A DNA stretch of 64,000 bases from Octopus sinensis (taxonomy: Eukaryota), in contig NC_043003.1 of assembly GCF_006345805.1 (NCBI RefSeq), positions 32,984,001 through 33,048,000 of the forward strand. The letters are read 5' to 3'. The stretch's first letter is position 1. The number at the start of each line of letters is the position of its first letter. Position numbers and translations under genes: made by a program. The notes under the pieces were generated by a model. It had not been told where the DNA came from and did not search any database. It was given only the letters and a program-made list of their open reading frames with translations. Positions 37,377-50,000 of this stretch are shown here, one piece after another.

Positions 37377-39949
37377 ATTAGCCTGTGTACTGGCCTCAGC
37401 TAGGGTTAGACTTATGAGTTAAAAAAAGCACCTCTGAAGTGATCTTCGTGGTTAACCGCGTCAGGATGACGGTAGGTAATGCTTTTAATATCATTTCCTG
37501 TTTATATAGATTAGTCGGAAATTGTCGAATACATTTCTTTGCAAATTAGTTAATTCCAGGGTTGGTCTGCAATCATTTATAGTTAAATGTTCCCTTTCAA
37601 AATCTTTTTTTTTTTTATTAAACTGGACTAGTATTTCGAATGAGAAATAAGTATCAAAGCATTTAACAATGAGCATTAAATATCAAGGATAAAAATATAT
37701 CATTTTGTTCCCTTGTCAAACTTTGGACCTAACAACCCAAATGAGAAAACCGATATGACTGAAAGAATATTTAAAGGGCTTTTATGTTTAGGCTGAGGTC
37801 AAACATTCGAATCCATTCAACCATGTCTGTCTTTAGCAACATCAACTACAAAGAACTGGAGAGAGGTGACAGACTGAGAGAGAACAAGAACCTTCACACA
37901 TTTTCAGCATTGCAAGATTTTGGAGTTATTTTTGTCAGAATAGAGCTGTCTTCAAGAATCCAAGTAATGCTATGTATTGAAGAGTAACCGTAGATGCTGG
38001 TCATGTTGTTGTTCTTGTTGATTGCTGCTACTGTTGTTGTTGTCACATACTTTTTATTTTGACGCTACTTTGCTTCAGAAGTTGGTTAGTCATAAATTCC
38101 CTTGGGAATTTTAAGCCCCGCTTCATCACTTTTATTTTTGTGCTTTGATTTTGCTTTGAAACGAAATCTAGCTTCAAGCATCTTATACAGATAATTTTTT
38201 AGACACTATTTTCTGAAACTGGTAAAATTATGTAAGGGGTGCAAATTTTGATCTTGCACCACCTGAAAATTCCAAGGAGTGCAGGTGCACCCGCTGCACC
38301 CCCTGTTCCTGGGCCTTGATACCGGTATATTAAAAAAATTCATTTGATCAAAAATATTCTTTTAACAAATCCTGGAAACTGATATTGTTCTTGAAATTGT
38401 GCCTCCTACCATAAACCTCAAAGTTATATAGCTATTTCTCTAATAGCATTCATTCATTCAATAAATATTTTTTTACATTAAGTATATAGAATAAACTGTG
38501 GGTTTTGTAAATAGCGAATTAAATCTTGAAATGGAAACATTGAAATGAATATATATTAAGTTATCATTAATGAAAATAGAGGTGTGTGTGTGTGTGAGAG
38601 AGAGAGGGGGGAGATACTGTTGCAGATGAAAACGGAAAATTTCGCCCGCAACAAATTAATATTGTTTACTAAATATTAAAATTTACTCCGCAGTGAATGC
38701 AACAAATATTTAAATTTATGAAAAACTTGTGGTTCAAATATTCAATAAACTTGAAGAAACGAAATTACAATAAACCTCTTGGAACATGACTATATAAAAA
38801 CATTTCCTGGCGGTCAAGCCTTTAATAATTGCTTTCTTTTAGTAACTATTACATACCGAATTAATAAGCAGTTTTCTGTATTATAATATAGATATCAACT
38901 GGAATTCATAATCTTCAATCCATTACTTTTGTTATTGATCTTTAACTGGTGGCCACTCTCATAGATTAATCGTTGTTGCTGTTTCTATTTCAAATCAAAG
39001 ATGGAAACACATTATTTCTAGCATCTCAGAGAAGTTATGTTTGGTTGGCTAGGTGTATCTAGAACAGCTTCTTTACGTTGTCGTGTTTCCCATTGCATTT
39101 CATTGGATGTAAAAGATACACATTTTGTGGACATGTTATCTAAAACCGTAAGCATTTTATACATTGTTTTCAAAATGTTTAATGATAATAGCCTGCAACT
39201 GTATAGTGAATGTCTTCACCTATTCTGCTTCATTCAGCTAGATTTACACGTGCTAGCCAGAGCTGATATTTATTAACGTGCATAGCATTCAGGTCATAGA
39301 AGCGGCCTTGTAAAGGAATGCCTTTATAGTTAGCTGTTATACTTGTCGTTTGGAAGTTTTTATAGCTTGTTGGATTTAGATTTGTTGTTGTGATGTTCTA
39401 TTCACTCCCTTATGTATATTATTACCATTACTTTTACAATTCATAGTGTGAAAAGATGCAGCAACATGTTTCTTTCTTAAAATAGGATTCACTGAAAATT
39501 CACTGAAACGAAATTTCTTGTAGCTGAAAAAATATGAACATGCAAAGTATCACAATCTCTATTAATCAGCGAGGAAACATCTACGCGATTCAGCAAGGAA
39601 ACCTCTATGTGACCTAATGAAGGAGCCTCGATATCGTTGCTCCTTCGTCTAGAAATAGCAGCTAAGTCTCCCTTGTATCACATTCTGGCATCTTTAAAAC
39701 ATTCAGACACATTATGTAAGGTGATGACAACTGAGATGAGATGATTGCAGCTGGAACGCTTTGTTTTAGAGGTCTGCTTGATGAGGACAGTTTGCTTCGG
39801 AATGGAGGACAATGACAACAACGATGTCCAGTACGAAGTCTACCGACATTAACTAATGTTATTCTTTGTTTCATCAGTAACATAAATATTCATCAGCCAT
39901 AAGCCAGGTAACCTCCCTGTATCCAAGGCTTGTATCTAAGGCTTGCCAA

Positions 39950-40920
39950 GACTATCCTTTTCCCAGTGCTGTGCATACAATCAGCCAGGTTCTTCTTTCC
40001 ATTCCATTCTTTGATATCCTCAGCCGGCAAACGGCTTTGACGGCCTTTTCTATCATCCCGCCAACACTTCCCATCAAGATGATCCTAGACAATGACTCGG
40101 GGCGTATTTTATGTTCAAAATATGAAAGCTTTGTGAACTTGATTCTCGACACTAGGTCTCTTTGGACTTTTAGCTTTCTAGTGCTACCGCATTTGTTACT
40201 CTGTCTTTCCAGCTTATCTTGCTCAATCTGCAAAATATTTACAACTTGAAGGCTTCTATCTTCTCTATAGTTGTGTGCATTATGCAAATTGCTACACCGT
40301 AGAGGACAATTTAATACGTTACTAGCCTCAAATTTAGATGGAATGTTATGTCTTGTGAGGTGAAAACCTTTTATATATATATATATATATATAAATGTTT
40401 TAGCCTCATTCATTCTTTGAGTAACTTCTTCAAAGCGACCTTCTTAATTTATTATGTCGTAAATGCTTGAAATGTTTTTACTTACTCAAGCTTCTGTCCA
40501 ACTGTATGCTTGCTTCATTTGTTCTCTCTTATTAATAATCATTCTGTTTGTCTTTTTTATACATTCTTATTTAGACCTTTCTTGTCGCATTATTCTTTTA
40601 CAACATCTACAATTTCTTGTAATTTCTCGTTGCTGTCTGCCAATAACGCTGTATCACTAGCTTATCTTACATTGTTTATGCTCATGCCATTGACTGTTAA
40701 TCCTTTGATCTCATTTCACTTTCTGAATATATACTCAGTATAGATATTAAATCGGTATGATGATAATACATATTCTTGTCTTACACCTCTTTTGATCTCT
40801 GATGGTTCTGATATGAATATTACTATCCTGATTAACACTATCAACCACTAAAAATTGACAAACATTTTCTATAATATAATTCGTTGTAAAATCAGGAGAA
40901 ACAGTCACGGCTGGATCGCC
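39950..40920 (-). mobile_element. RTE-clade LINE RT/C-terminal fragment
   Basis: KLSYFEHKIRPESLSRIILMGSVGG (RKLxYFGH...IL.G.VEG); decayed YADDTAL and RGVRQGC motifs. Confidence 0.8.
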
Positions 40921-41144
40921 TTTGATCATAGGCCTGCAAGATGATGGCTTCTATAAAGATGACGAGCAACAGCAACAATACTTGGAGTATCTGTACTAAC
41001 ACTACTATTGTTAAGTTAATCGGTAACACGAATAAGTAGTGACTGTTTTGAATATTATAACGTTCAACGTTGCAGTGCTGGCGTTCATTTCTCCTAGTTT
41101 GCAACATTCCTAAATAATTTGCAACGTTGCAACTTTCAATCGTT

Positions 41145-41145
41145 G

Positions 41146-41208
<63 letters not shown>

Positions 41209-41210
41209 CA

Positions 41211-41241
<31 letters not shown>

Positions 41242-41245
41242 AACT

Positions 41246-41283
<38 letters not shown>

Positions 41284-41285
41284 AA

Positions 41286-41324
<39 letters not shown>

Positions 41325-41346
41325 ATATTGCTGCTGTTTTGCTGCA

Positions 41347-41388
<42 letters not shown>

Positions 41389-41395
41389 GCAGCTG

Positions 41396-41427
<32 letters not shown>

Positions 41428-41461
41428 GCTACTACTACTTCTCTTCCTCCTCCTCCTCCTC

Positions 41462-41503
<42 letters not shown>

Positions 41504-41760
41504 GTACTACTACTACAACTATACTACGGTAGTAGTAGCAGTATCACGGTCACTACCGTCACCATTACCAATATCATGATGATGATTACCATCATCAACG
41601 TCATCATCGTTGCCGTCGTCATTGTCATCATCGTCGTCGTCGTCGTCGTCATCCTCTTTCTCCTCCTCCTCCGCCTCCCCCCTCCTCATTATCATCATCA
41701 TCACCAGCGGTAGTAGCAACAGCAATAGCAGTAGCAGTAACAGCAGTAACAGCGGCAGCA
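41145..41760. repeat. (CTA)n/(CAT)n/(AGC)n compound trinucleotide field
   Basis: Direct reading. Confidence 0.95.
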
Positions 41761-41763
41761 GTA

Positions 41764-41880
41764 GTGATGCATGTGCCTAGTGTACCCTTATCAGACGGGT
41801 AGTCATGATGTGTATACCGGGCTTCGTATATTTTAGCCCAGTGTCACTTTGATGGCGTGCATCGCTCTGTCACTCAAGAA
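41764..41880 (+). mobile_element. 3' end of the non-coding (TAA)n-tailed family
   Basis: gtgtacccttatcagacgggtagtcatgatg...cccagtgtcactttgatggc...cactcaagaa then tgataataataat. Confidence 0.8.
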
Positions 41881-41929
41881 TGATAATAATAATAATTATA
41901 ATAATAACAATAAGAAGAAGAAAGAGAAA

Positions 41930-41986
<57 letters not shown>

Positions 41987-42645
41987 CAGCAGCGGCAGCA
42001 GCAGCAACAACAAACATATCTATGAATATCTCCAGACAGCGACTGGTTAATAGATATTATCGTGTTAGCTATCGTGACGCTGTAGCCTAAAACGAAGTAA
42101 CAAAGAAAAACATTTTGATGACGCAATGAATTTTAACCTAACAACGACATATATATATATATATGCATAGAAAGACTTGTTTTATAGCGGTCGATATCTA
42201 AGAGGACACATCGGAACAGTGTGCATTGTGGGAGGAAAGTTGCCAAGACAGATGATTGAAGCACTCTTCTAATGGCAGTCTCAGACCAGAATCTGCCAAC
42301 TAAGCGAAACGAATGTTAATTTATCGACCAGAATGTTTATTCAGGAAAGAGTTGTGATTGTACAAAGAATTCCCAAAGTTTCTGGGAAACTTATATGATG
42401 GTTTTGAGGAAATATGTCGCTATGTGATCGTCTTTGGAAGAGATGAGAAGCTGATAATGATGAAGATGCTGCTGTGCCGCTGCTGCTAATGATGATGATG
42501 TTGATACTGAGGACGACGATGAAGAAGAAGGTGAAGGAGACAATGAAAGAGGAAAAAGAGAAAATAATGATAATACTAATAATAATAACATCATCAACAA
42601 TAACAAAGACGATGATGATGATGAAGATGATGATGATGATGACGA

Positions 42646-43325
42646 TTTCTTTTATTTGCCACGAAGCCGAGCGATGAGGGGGCAGAATTCAAAGTTAAAC
42701 ATAAAGTGTGAGTGTTTATATACAGTGGAATAAACGAAATAATAACACGGTATACAATGAAAACGAAAGGAAATATACGTAATAGCCAAAGGAAAAAGAG
42801 GAAAAAAAGAGAAATAAGTGTGATGTAGTCCTTTTGATATAGGAGGGCCTTTAGGGTTAATCGAGGAACCCGACCGCCCAGGATCTCCCTGAACACTAAG
42901 GGCAAGTGTTCTCTCCAATTCCCTTTCTCCGACCCACAGGTCTACACTTAGAGAGGTACCATCTACTCTGGCCATTTTCTCAACATTCATCCACCTTTCA
43001 ATAAATTCACTCGAGAACAGCCCACTCTCCACTTTCATTTTCCTTTTCAAGTCAAATTTGAAGAAGTCAATGAAACCTCTAGTAAAGAGGAATGCGACAC
43101 TCCTCATGCCTTTCAACCTCGTCCACCAGACGACCGCTTTCCTCACGCCGAACAGACAGAGGAAAACTGCCTTACCTGTCCGATTAAAGGAGGGCAACGG
43201 AGCGACCATCACTATGGCTTCGGCTGATAGATGGATCCGTCCTACACGCGACAGTAACTGTTGAACATAACTCACAAGTCAGCAATACCTGGTCACTGAA
43301 CAAGTGCGTGCAGAATGGCTTCGTC
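42646..43325 (-). mobile_element. L1-Tx1 clade LINE 3' end
   Basis: ORF 42652-43275 (AVFLCLFGVRKAVVWWTRLKG, FFKFDLKRKMKVE, FIERW); 3' end cttcgtggcaaataaaagaaa followed by (CAT)n. Confidence 0.7.
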
Positions 43326-43339
43326 AATGAGAAGAAGAA

Positions 43340-43407
43340 AGATAATTATAATAATGATAATAATAGTTGCAATGATAATAATAATAATAATAGTGATAAT
43401 GATGATG

Positions 43408-43446
<39 letters not shown>

Positions 43447-43630
43447 TAATAATAATAATGATGATAATAATAATAATAATAATAATAATGATGATAATAA
43501 TAATAATAATAATGATGATAATAATAATGATAATAATGATGATGATAATAATAATAATATAATAATAATAATGATGATAATAATAATGATAATAATGATG
43601 ATGATAATAATAATGATAATAATGATGATG

Positions 43631-43683
<53 letters not shown>
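43340..43683. repeat. (TAA)n/(TGA)n microsatellite
   Basis: Direct reading. Confidence 0.95.
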
Positions 43684-43684
<1 letters not shown>

Positions 43685-43955
43685 GTGGTGGTCACATATA
43701 GTCCGTCCATCCTCAAATGGACTAAGGAGGAAATATCAATACTGGATAGAAGCATGAGGGATTTGATGACACTGCATGGGGCGCTATACCTTATGATGGG
43801 CAAGGAAGAGTTTAACGAAAGAGCTGAGGAGAGGAGAAAAGAAGACCTTCTTGAAATGAGATTGTATGGACAGTTTGAAAGGAATACACAAGACGTTAAG
43901 GAGAATACAGCATCGTGGACATGGCTTGAATTTGGGCAGAAAAAAAAAACGGAAT
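43684..43955 (+). mobile_element. R4/Dong-like fragment starting directly after (TAA)n
   Basis: VTYSPSILKWTKEEISILDRSMRDLMTLHGALY, RLYGQFER, SWTWL. Confidence 0.8.
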
Positions 43956-44019
43956 AAAAAGGCCTTTGGATTGATAGAATATCTACTTACTTAGAAGAGA
44001 GAAAGAAGAAGGGTGTCAA

Positions 44020-44827
44020 GGTAGCGGATGCAAGTTCTGCTCAAAGGAAGTCAAGCAAATGGAAGTCTCCAGGAAAGGATGAAACTTCTGGTTGAATGCC
44101 TTCCCAGAGTCATGAAATGCAAACAAAACTTTGCAACAACCTAGTATGATTCATTCTTGACTAGTTAATGGTGTTACATTCCTACTTCCAAAAAATGAAG
44201 AAACAAATGAACCAAAAAATTATAGACCTGTAACCTACTTAATAACAATGTATTAAATACTAAGGTATGTCTTGACTGAATATACCTATAGTTTTTTCAT
44301 AGAAAGTGGCATATTCCCCAATGAGCAAGGATGTAAACTCTGGTCCTATGTTTGTAAAGATCAGCTACGCATCAATAAGATGATCATGAATGATTGTTAC
44401 ATACTACACAAAAATTTGTCGATATCCTGGATAGACTATGAAAAAGTTGTTGATGCTCTACCACATAACTGGACTAAGAAATGTCTGAAAACGTATAAAA
44501 TAGCATGTGAAACTTGTTGTCTGTAAGTATGAGATCATGGAGAACCACGCTGACTTTGAACAGTGACAATGCTGGAGATGTAAGAATTTAATGTGGCATT
44601 TTCTAGGGTGACTCTCTATCACCACTCCTCTTTTGTCTAGTCTTAATACCTCTCTCAAAATTGCTCGATGATGAACAATATGGCTATAAAATTTTTGATA
44701 AAAATATAAATCATCTCTTTTACGCTCTGTGCATATAAATGACCAACATCTACAGTGCTTACTAATAATTGTTATACAACCAGTGATGACATCAGGATGT
44801 AATTTGGCCTCGATAAATGTGCAAAAA
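44020..44827 (+). mobile_element. R4/Dong-like RT fragment
   Basis: WKSPGKD, PKNYRPVT, EQGCK, KDQLRINK, ISWIDYEKVVDALPHNW, GDSLSPLLFCLVLIPLS. Confidence 0.85.
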
Positions 44828-45060
44828 TGTGTATTCCTTTCAAACTGTCCATACAGTCTCATTTCAAGAAGGTCTTCTTTTCTCTTCTCCTCAGCTCTTT
44901 CGTTAAACTCTTCCTTGCCCATCACTTCATCTGCATTTACACCTATATCTACGCGGCATATTGCAGCAGACCTTCATCACTATTTCACTCCTTATACAAT
45001 GGTCTATACTAATTAGTCCTCTGCCACCATTATTTCTTTTCATTTACAGTCTGTTTACAT
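44828..45060 (-). mobile_element. Inverted R4/Dong-like fragment sharing 97 bp with 43794-43890
   Basis: KRNNGGRGLISIDHCIRSE followed by MMGKEEFNERAEEKRKEDLLEMRLYGQFERNT. Confidence 0.8.
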
Positions 45061-45404
45061 TTGATTTAGGGTAAATGTGAAATAGGTGGTAGCAAGATTT
45101 TGATTATGGATCCAGTCGATTGATGGATCCAACATACAAGCGACAACAGGTGTTCAACATAACTCTGCGTAACAGCAATGCTCGGGCAATGTACGGGTGC
45201 AGGCAGAATGGAATCGTTGTTGCTTTAACCGTATTTCAAGTGGGTCTGGCTGATTGTACGTCCATGCCTGTAGAGTTTGTTCAACCAAGAATTTCTGGAA
45301 ATCATCTGCGGGATCCTACCTGGAAGTCTTTCAGATTAGACCAGCAGTCGATTTTCATCGGAACCCGGAGTTGTCGTCCTTGATAATCACTAAGCCTTTA
45401 TAGA

Positions 45405-45545
45405 ACGCCAAATTAATTACATTTTTAAATATAGGCACAAAAACTGCAATTTTGAGAGAGGGGACAGATCGATTATTTCAATTCCGGAGCTCGACTGCTA
45501 TTTATTTCATCGACCTCGAAATGATAAAAGTTATAGTCTACCTTG
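45405..45545 (-). mobile_element. Decayed SINE with Nin-like domain
   Basis: Reverse complement resembles cctttcatcctttcggggtcgataaat...ggtcgat..aatcgac. Confidence 0.55.
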
Positions 45546-45582
45546 GATAATGCCGCTGCTGCTGTTGCTATTGAAGCTGTTG

Positions 45583-45664
<82 letters not shown>

Positions 45665-46229
45665 ACGTAATAATAATAATAATAATAATAATAATATAAT
45701 AATAATAATAATAATGATAATAATAGAAAACTAGAAGAAAAAATATGAATATAACAACCAGATATAACAAAAATAAAACCAGCTATAGGAACAAGCAGCA
45801 AAAGCATCAATGATGAAAGACACTATTCAAAACAGTATACAAACATATATTTACATTCAATTAGCTCTTATAATTCTATCTGACAGCTCATTGCCGCCAG
45901 GTATCTCCATTAATGTTTATCATATTTATTACAACTCTCTGGTAGTATGTCTTTACTATGTAAGAATTCATGCTTACTATGACTTCGGGGAAACTTGAGA
46001 GTCACTGTATTCTCTCTTTGGATTTGTGTCTAGCCTAAAGAAAGCAATATTTGTTCCAGTCTTCAAACAAAGAATCCACCTTCAATATAGTTAACTTCTT
46101 TGATAAATTGAGGTCTCTGAATCCACAACGAAACGGTGATATATGGAATTTTATTTACTGTGTATTCTTGTTTGAAGCCATTTCTTTACTTCAATTCATG
46201 TTAAGTTTTTGATTATTTTCCATCCTTCG

Positions 46230-46430
46230 ATGGTGCAGGGGCATCGCCTTGAAGGGTTTTTTAGTCGAACAAATCGGCCAGATTACTGATGTATTTTAAA
46301 CGTCTGGTACTTTATTTTTATTTTTTGCCGAACCGCTAGGTTATGGGGAAGTAAGCAGCCCAACATCAACATCGATTGTCAAGCGGCGGCGGTATGGAGA
46401 GACACAGACACAATGAAATACACATACATG
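46230..46430 (-). mobile_element. SINE family A body/tail
   Basis: Reverse complement of tctgtg..ccaccgcttgacaa..gatgttg..taac.tagcggttcggcaaaa; matches 1740-1830. Confidence 0.65.
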
Positions 46431-46603
46431 CACGATACACACATACATATACACGTACATTCAAACATTTAGTTCATATTTCTAGCAGTGCAGGTGTTTC
46501 TAAAATCCTTCGTCATATTTAATGACAGTTTTTCCTTGTTGGCACACATTACCTTCCGCTGCCTACATTATATATATATATTCATGCATATATATATATA
46601 TAA

Positions 46604-46679
<76 letters not shown>

Positions 46680-46862
46680 ATATATAAACCCCACTAGAAT
46701 GGGAGAAAGCGCTAATAATCTGAATGATATGATATATATATGTAAAAAATGTAATATATAAATAAATATCTATAAATATGAACCATCCGATCTTCTGATT
46801 ACCTCATTTCTTCTAATATATAATACCTGTACATCATCTCCAAACCTTCCAATATATACATT

Positions 46863-46915
<53 letters not shown>

Positions 46916-46917
<2 letters not shown>

Positions 46918-47205
46918 AGGCGCAATTGCCCAGTGGTTAGGGCAGCGGACTCGCGGTCGTAGGATCGCGGTTTCGATTCCCAGCCTGGCTGTTGTGAGTG
47001 TTTATTGAGCGAAAACACATAAAGCTCTACGAGGCTCCGGCAGGAGGTGGTGGCGATCCCTGCTGTACTCTTTCGCCACAATTTTCTCTCACTCTTTCTT
47101 CTGTTGGCCAGCTCGCTTAGCCAGCGGGGTGGCGTCATTTGAAGGCTAAAACAATGCGAAGCGCATTGTGACCAGCGATGTGTAGCAACATCTGATAGCC
47201 TGGTC
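46916..47205 (+). mobile_element. tRNA(Arg)-like SINE (OR-type), near full length
   Basis: Head ggaggcgcaattgcccagtggttagggcagcggactcgcggtcgtaggatcgcggtttcgattccc with A/B boxes, followed by ~220 bp of non-tRNA body. Confidence 0.8.
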
Positions 47206-47239
47206 AGAAAGTATAAAAGAAAGTATATACATATATAAT

Positions 47240-47558
47240 GACCCCCTTCGGTCATGAATGACCATGGGATTGCACCTAGAAAGTTACCCTCCTAGACACA
47301 AGTCCGGGCAAGGTTGTTTATGGAAGGCCAGCAGTCGCCCATGCATACCAGCCTCCTCTCTCCACGCCACCAGTGTTATCCAAGGGAAAGACAAAGGTCG
47401 ATACAGCTTGGCACCTGTGACGTTGCAACTCATTTCTACAGCTGAGTGAACTGGAGCAACGTGAAATAAAGTGCCTTGCTCGAGAACACAACACGCAGCC
47501 CGGTCCGGGATTCGAGCTCACAACCTCACGATCGTAAGCTCGACGCTCTAACCACTGA

Positions 47559-47563
<5 letters not shown>
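47240..47563 (-). mobile_element. tRNA(Arg-ACG)-like SINE with CORE-like domain, near full length
   Basis: Head ggctcagtggttagagcgtcgagcttACGatcgtgaggttgtgagctcgaatcc; then gtgttctcgagcaaggcacttta..ctcagctgtagaaatgagt. Confidence 0.85.
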
Positions 47564-47614
<51 letters not shown>

Positions 47615-47926
47615 TATATATATATATATAAATATATCCACACATATATACATACACACAGGCAAACAGACATACATATACATACACATATATAAACATA
47701 CACATACATGCACACATATATAGTGAGGATGATGCTACACCGTACACATGTTCGGGCAAAATTCATTTGATGGAAGGAGAGTGAGGTAATATATGGCACA
47801 TGCATATAAACTATAAACATATCATGTGTGCAGGTCATTCGACAAAAGCTTAACACTCATACATCGCTTTCGAGTTCATCGTATATACATATATACATAC
47901 ATGTATGCATACAGACTTATATAAAT

Positions 47927-47959
<33 letters not shown>

Positions 47960-47960
47960 A

Positions 47961-49035
47961 AATTAAATGGAGACTAGAAGTGGAACGAACCGACAAATTG
48001 AAACGAACCTGACTCGAGGCGCTGTCAGACAATAATGTGATAAATAAAAATATATGCATGCATACAAACATATATGTACGTACCTACATCTACATGTATA
48101 TATACATGCATATATAAATAAATATACGTAAGTACAGGATGCCACAACAAGACGTAGAAACGGGAAAAACAAATATTTTTACAAGTACGGGACAGGCTAC
48201 ACAAGGAAAAACCCACCGTCATCAGCTGTCGCTAGTTAACCCAGGCGTGTTTCGAAGGCAAGACAGGACACTCGTTAACTAAGCCTTCCTGCGAGAGAAT
48301 TAAAATAAAATTCCAAGCAGCGGGGTAAAACGGGTAAGAACACAAACAGGATGTAACAATAAAACTGCACTATAAAATACAAGATAAAAATACATGTACA
48401 AAAAAATACAAGACGAGAAATAAAAAGGGAATACAATATACACTCACACACACGTACACACACACACACACACATACACACACACACATATATATATATA
48501 TAATATATATATATATATAAAATTAAATGGAGACTAGAAGTGGAACGAACCGACAAATTGAAACGAACCTGACTCGAGGCGCTGTCAGACAATAATGTGA
48601 TAAATAAAAATATATGCATGCATACAAACATATATGTACGTACCTACATCTACATGTATATATACATGCATATATAAATAAATATACGTAAGTACAGGAT
48701 GCCACAACAAGACGTAGAAACGGGAAAAACAAATATTTTTACAAGTACGGGACAGGCTACACAAGGAAAAACCCACCGTCATCAGCTGTCGCTAGTTAAC
48801 CCAGGCGTGTTTCGAAGGCAAGACAGGACACTCGTTAACTAAGCCTTCCTGCGAGAGAATTAAAATAAAATTCCAAGCAGCGGGGTAAAACGGGTAAGAA
48901 CACAAACAGGATGTAACAATAAAACTGCACTATAAAATACAAGATAAAAATACATGTACAAAAAAATACAAGACGAGAAATAAAAAGGGAATACAATATA
49001 CACTCACACACACGTACACACACACACACACACAT

Positions 49036-49048
<13 letters not shown>
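47961..49048. repeat. 560-bp head-to-tail tandem duplication
   Basis: 47961-48520 is repeated from 48521; no differences seen by eye outside microsatellite length. Confidence 0.95.
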
Positions 49049-49091
<43 letters not shown>

Positions 49092-49095
<4 letters not shown>

Positions 49096-49352
49096 GACGG
49101 GCTTCATTCGGTTTCTGTCTACCAAATCCACTCACAAGGCTTTGATCTACCCAAGGCTATAGCTGACACTTGCCCAAGGTGCCACGCACATATATATATG
49201 TTGAACACACACACACACACACGCACACACATCACAGGCTTTCACTCAGTTTGTGTCTGCGAAGTTCATTCACAAGGCATTATTCGACCAACATGCCACT
49301 ATGTGGGACTGAGTCCAAGACCATGCGGTGGAAAGCAAGCTTCCTAACCACG
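49092..49352 (-). mobile_element. Two partial SINE family A copies
   Basis: atacgacgggcttcattcggtttctgtctaccaaatccactcacaaggc...cccaaggtgccacgca (49092-49187) and a second decayed copy at 49235-49352. Confidence 0.75.
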
Positions 49353-50000
49353 CCAAAATACAATATTTCAAGTTACATTCATAACATTTTAACTAAAAAT
49401 AACGATACAGATCAATAGGTTATTGCTATCAATTCATCGTTATAACCGAGAAAGAAAGAAGCAATAAAATACAGCAGTTAATTTTGTGGAATGGCAGCAT
49501 GAAAATCATACTTAATTAAAATTAAACTTGCACTGAGGAGAAATACCATTACTTTGGTTATCTATTCTGGTAAAAAAAACAAAAACAAAAAAAGTTAGGC
49601 GAGACAAATCTCAACTTTTAATTAATTGGAATTTGATTTGAAAATTCTATTTGAAAGTAACATTTCTTTATTTGTTATACAATCAGCATTTGAATTAAGA
49701 ATCCATTTTCGCTTCCCAGTCAGGATTGGTTAGATTAGAGCAAATTTCTTTTGCTAATAACGCTAATGTTTGACGTCATAGAAAATCATGATGATAAGGT
49801 AACGAATAAGTACCGAGAACAGAGGTGGTTAGACACTTTCTCCTCCAGCCAATGTAACTTCGCAATAGTTATGTCTTACATGTAATTGGGTGACACTTCT
49901 CGGAATAGTGAAAACAATTGTTTCGTTAATTTTACATTCATAACTAGTATTGTTATTGCTGATGCGTGATCGCCAACACAGTTCAGTTTCTGCCGATATA

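Larger units (their letters stand above)
31653..38318. mobile_element. 6.7-kb hAT-type DNA element with nested insertions
   Basis: 8-bp TSD ataccggt at 31645-31652 and 38319-38326; imperfect TIRs cagtggcccagcaaca / tgttcctgggccttg; gggggtgca subterminal motifs at both ends. Confidence 0.8.

Noticed and set aside
42652-43275. 207-aa ORF as a host gene
   Set aside because: Its C-terminus is homologous to 51470-51590 and is followed by a LINE-type 3' end; best explained as Tx1 ORF2
46916-47563. tRNA-like sequences as tRNA genes
   Set aside because: Acceptor stems are not closed and the heads continue into repeated SINE bodies
47860-47885. Minus-strand ACGATGAactcGAAAGcgatGTA
   Set aside because: C3 is missing and the 15.2-16.2 pair is mismatched
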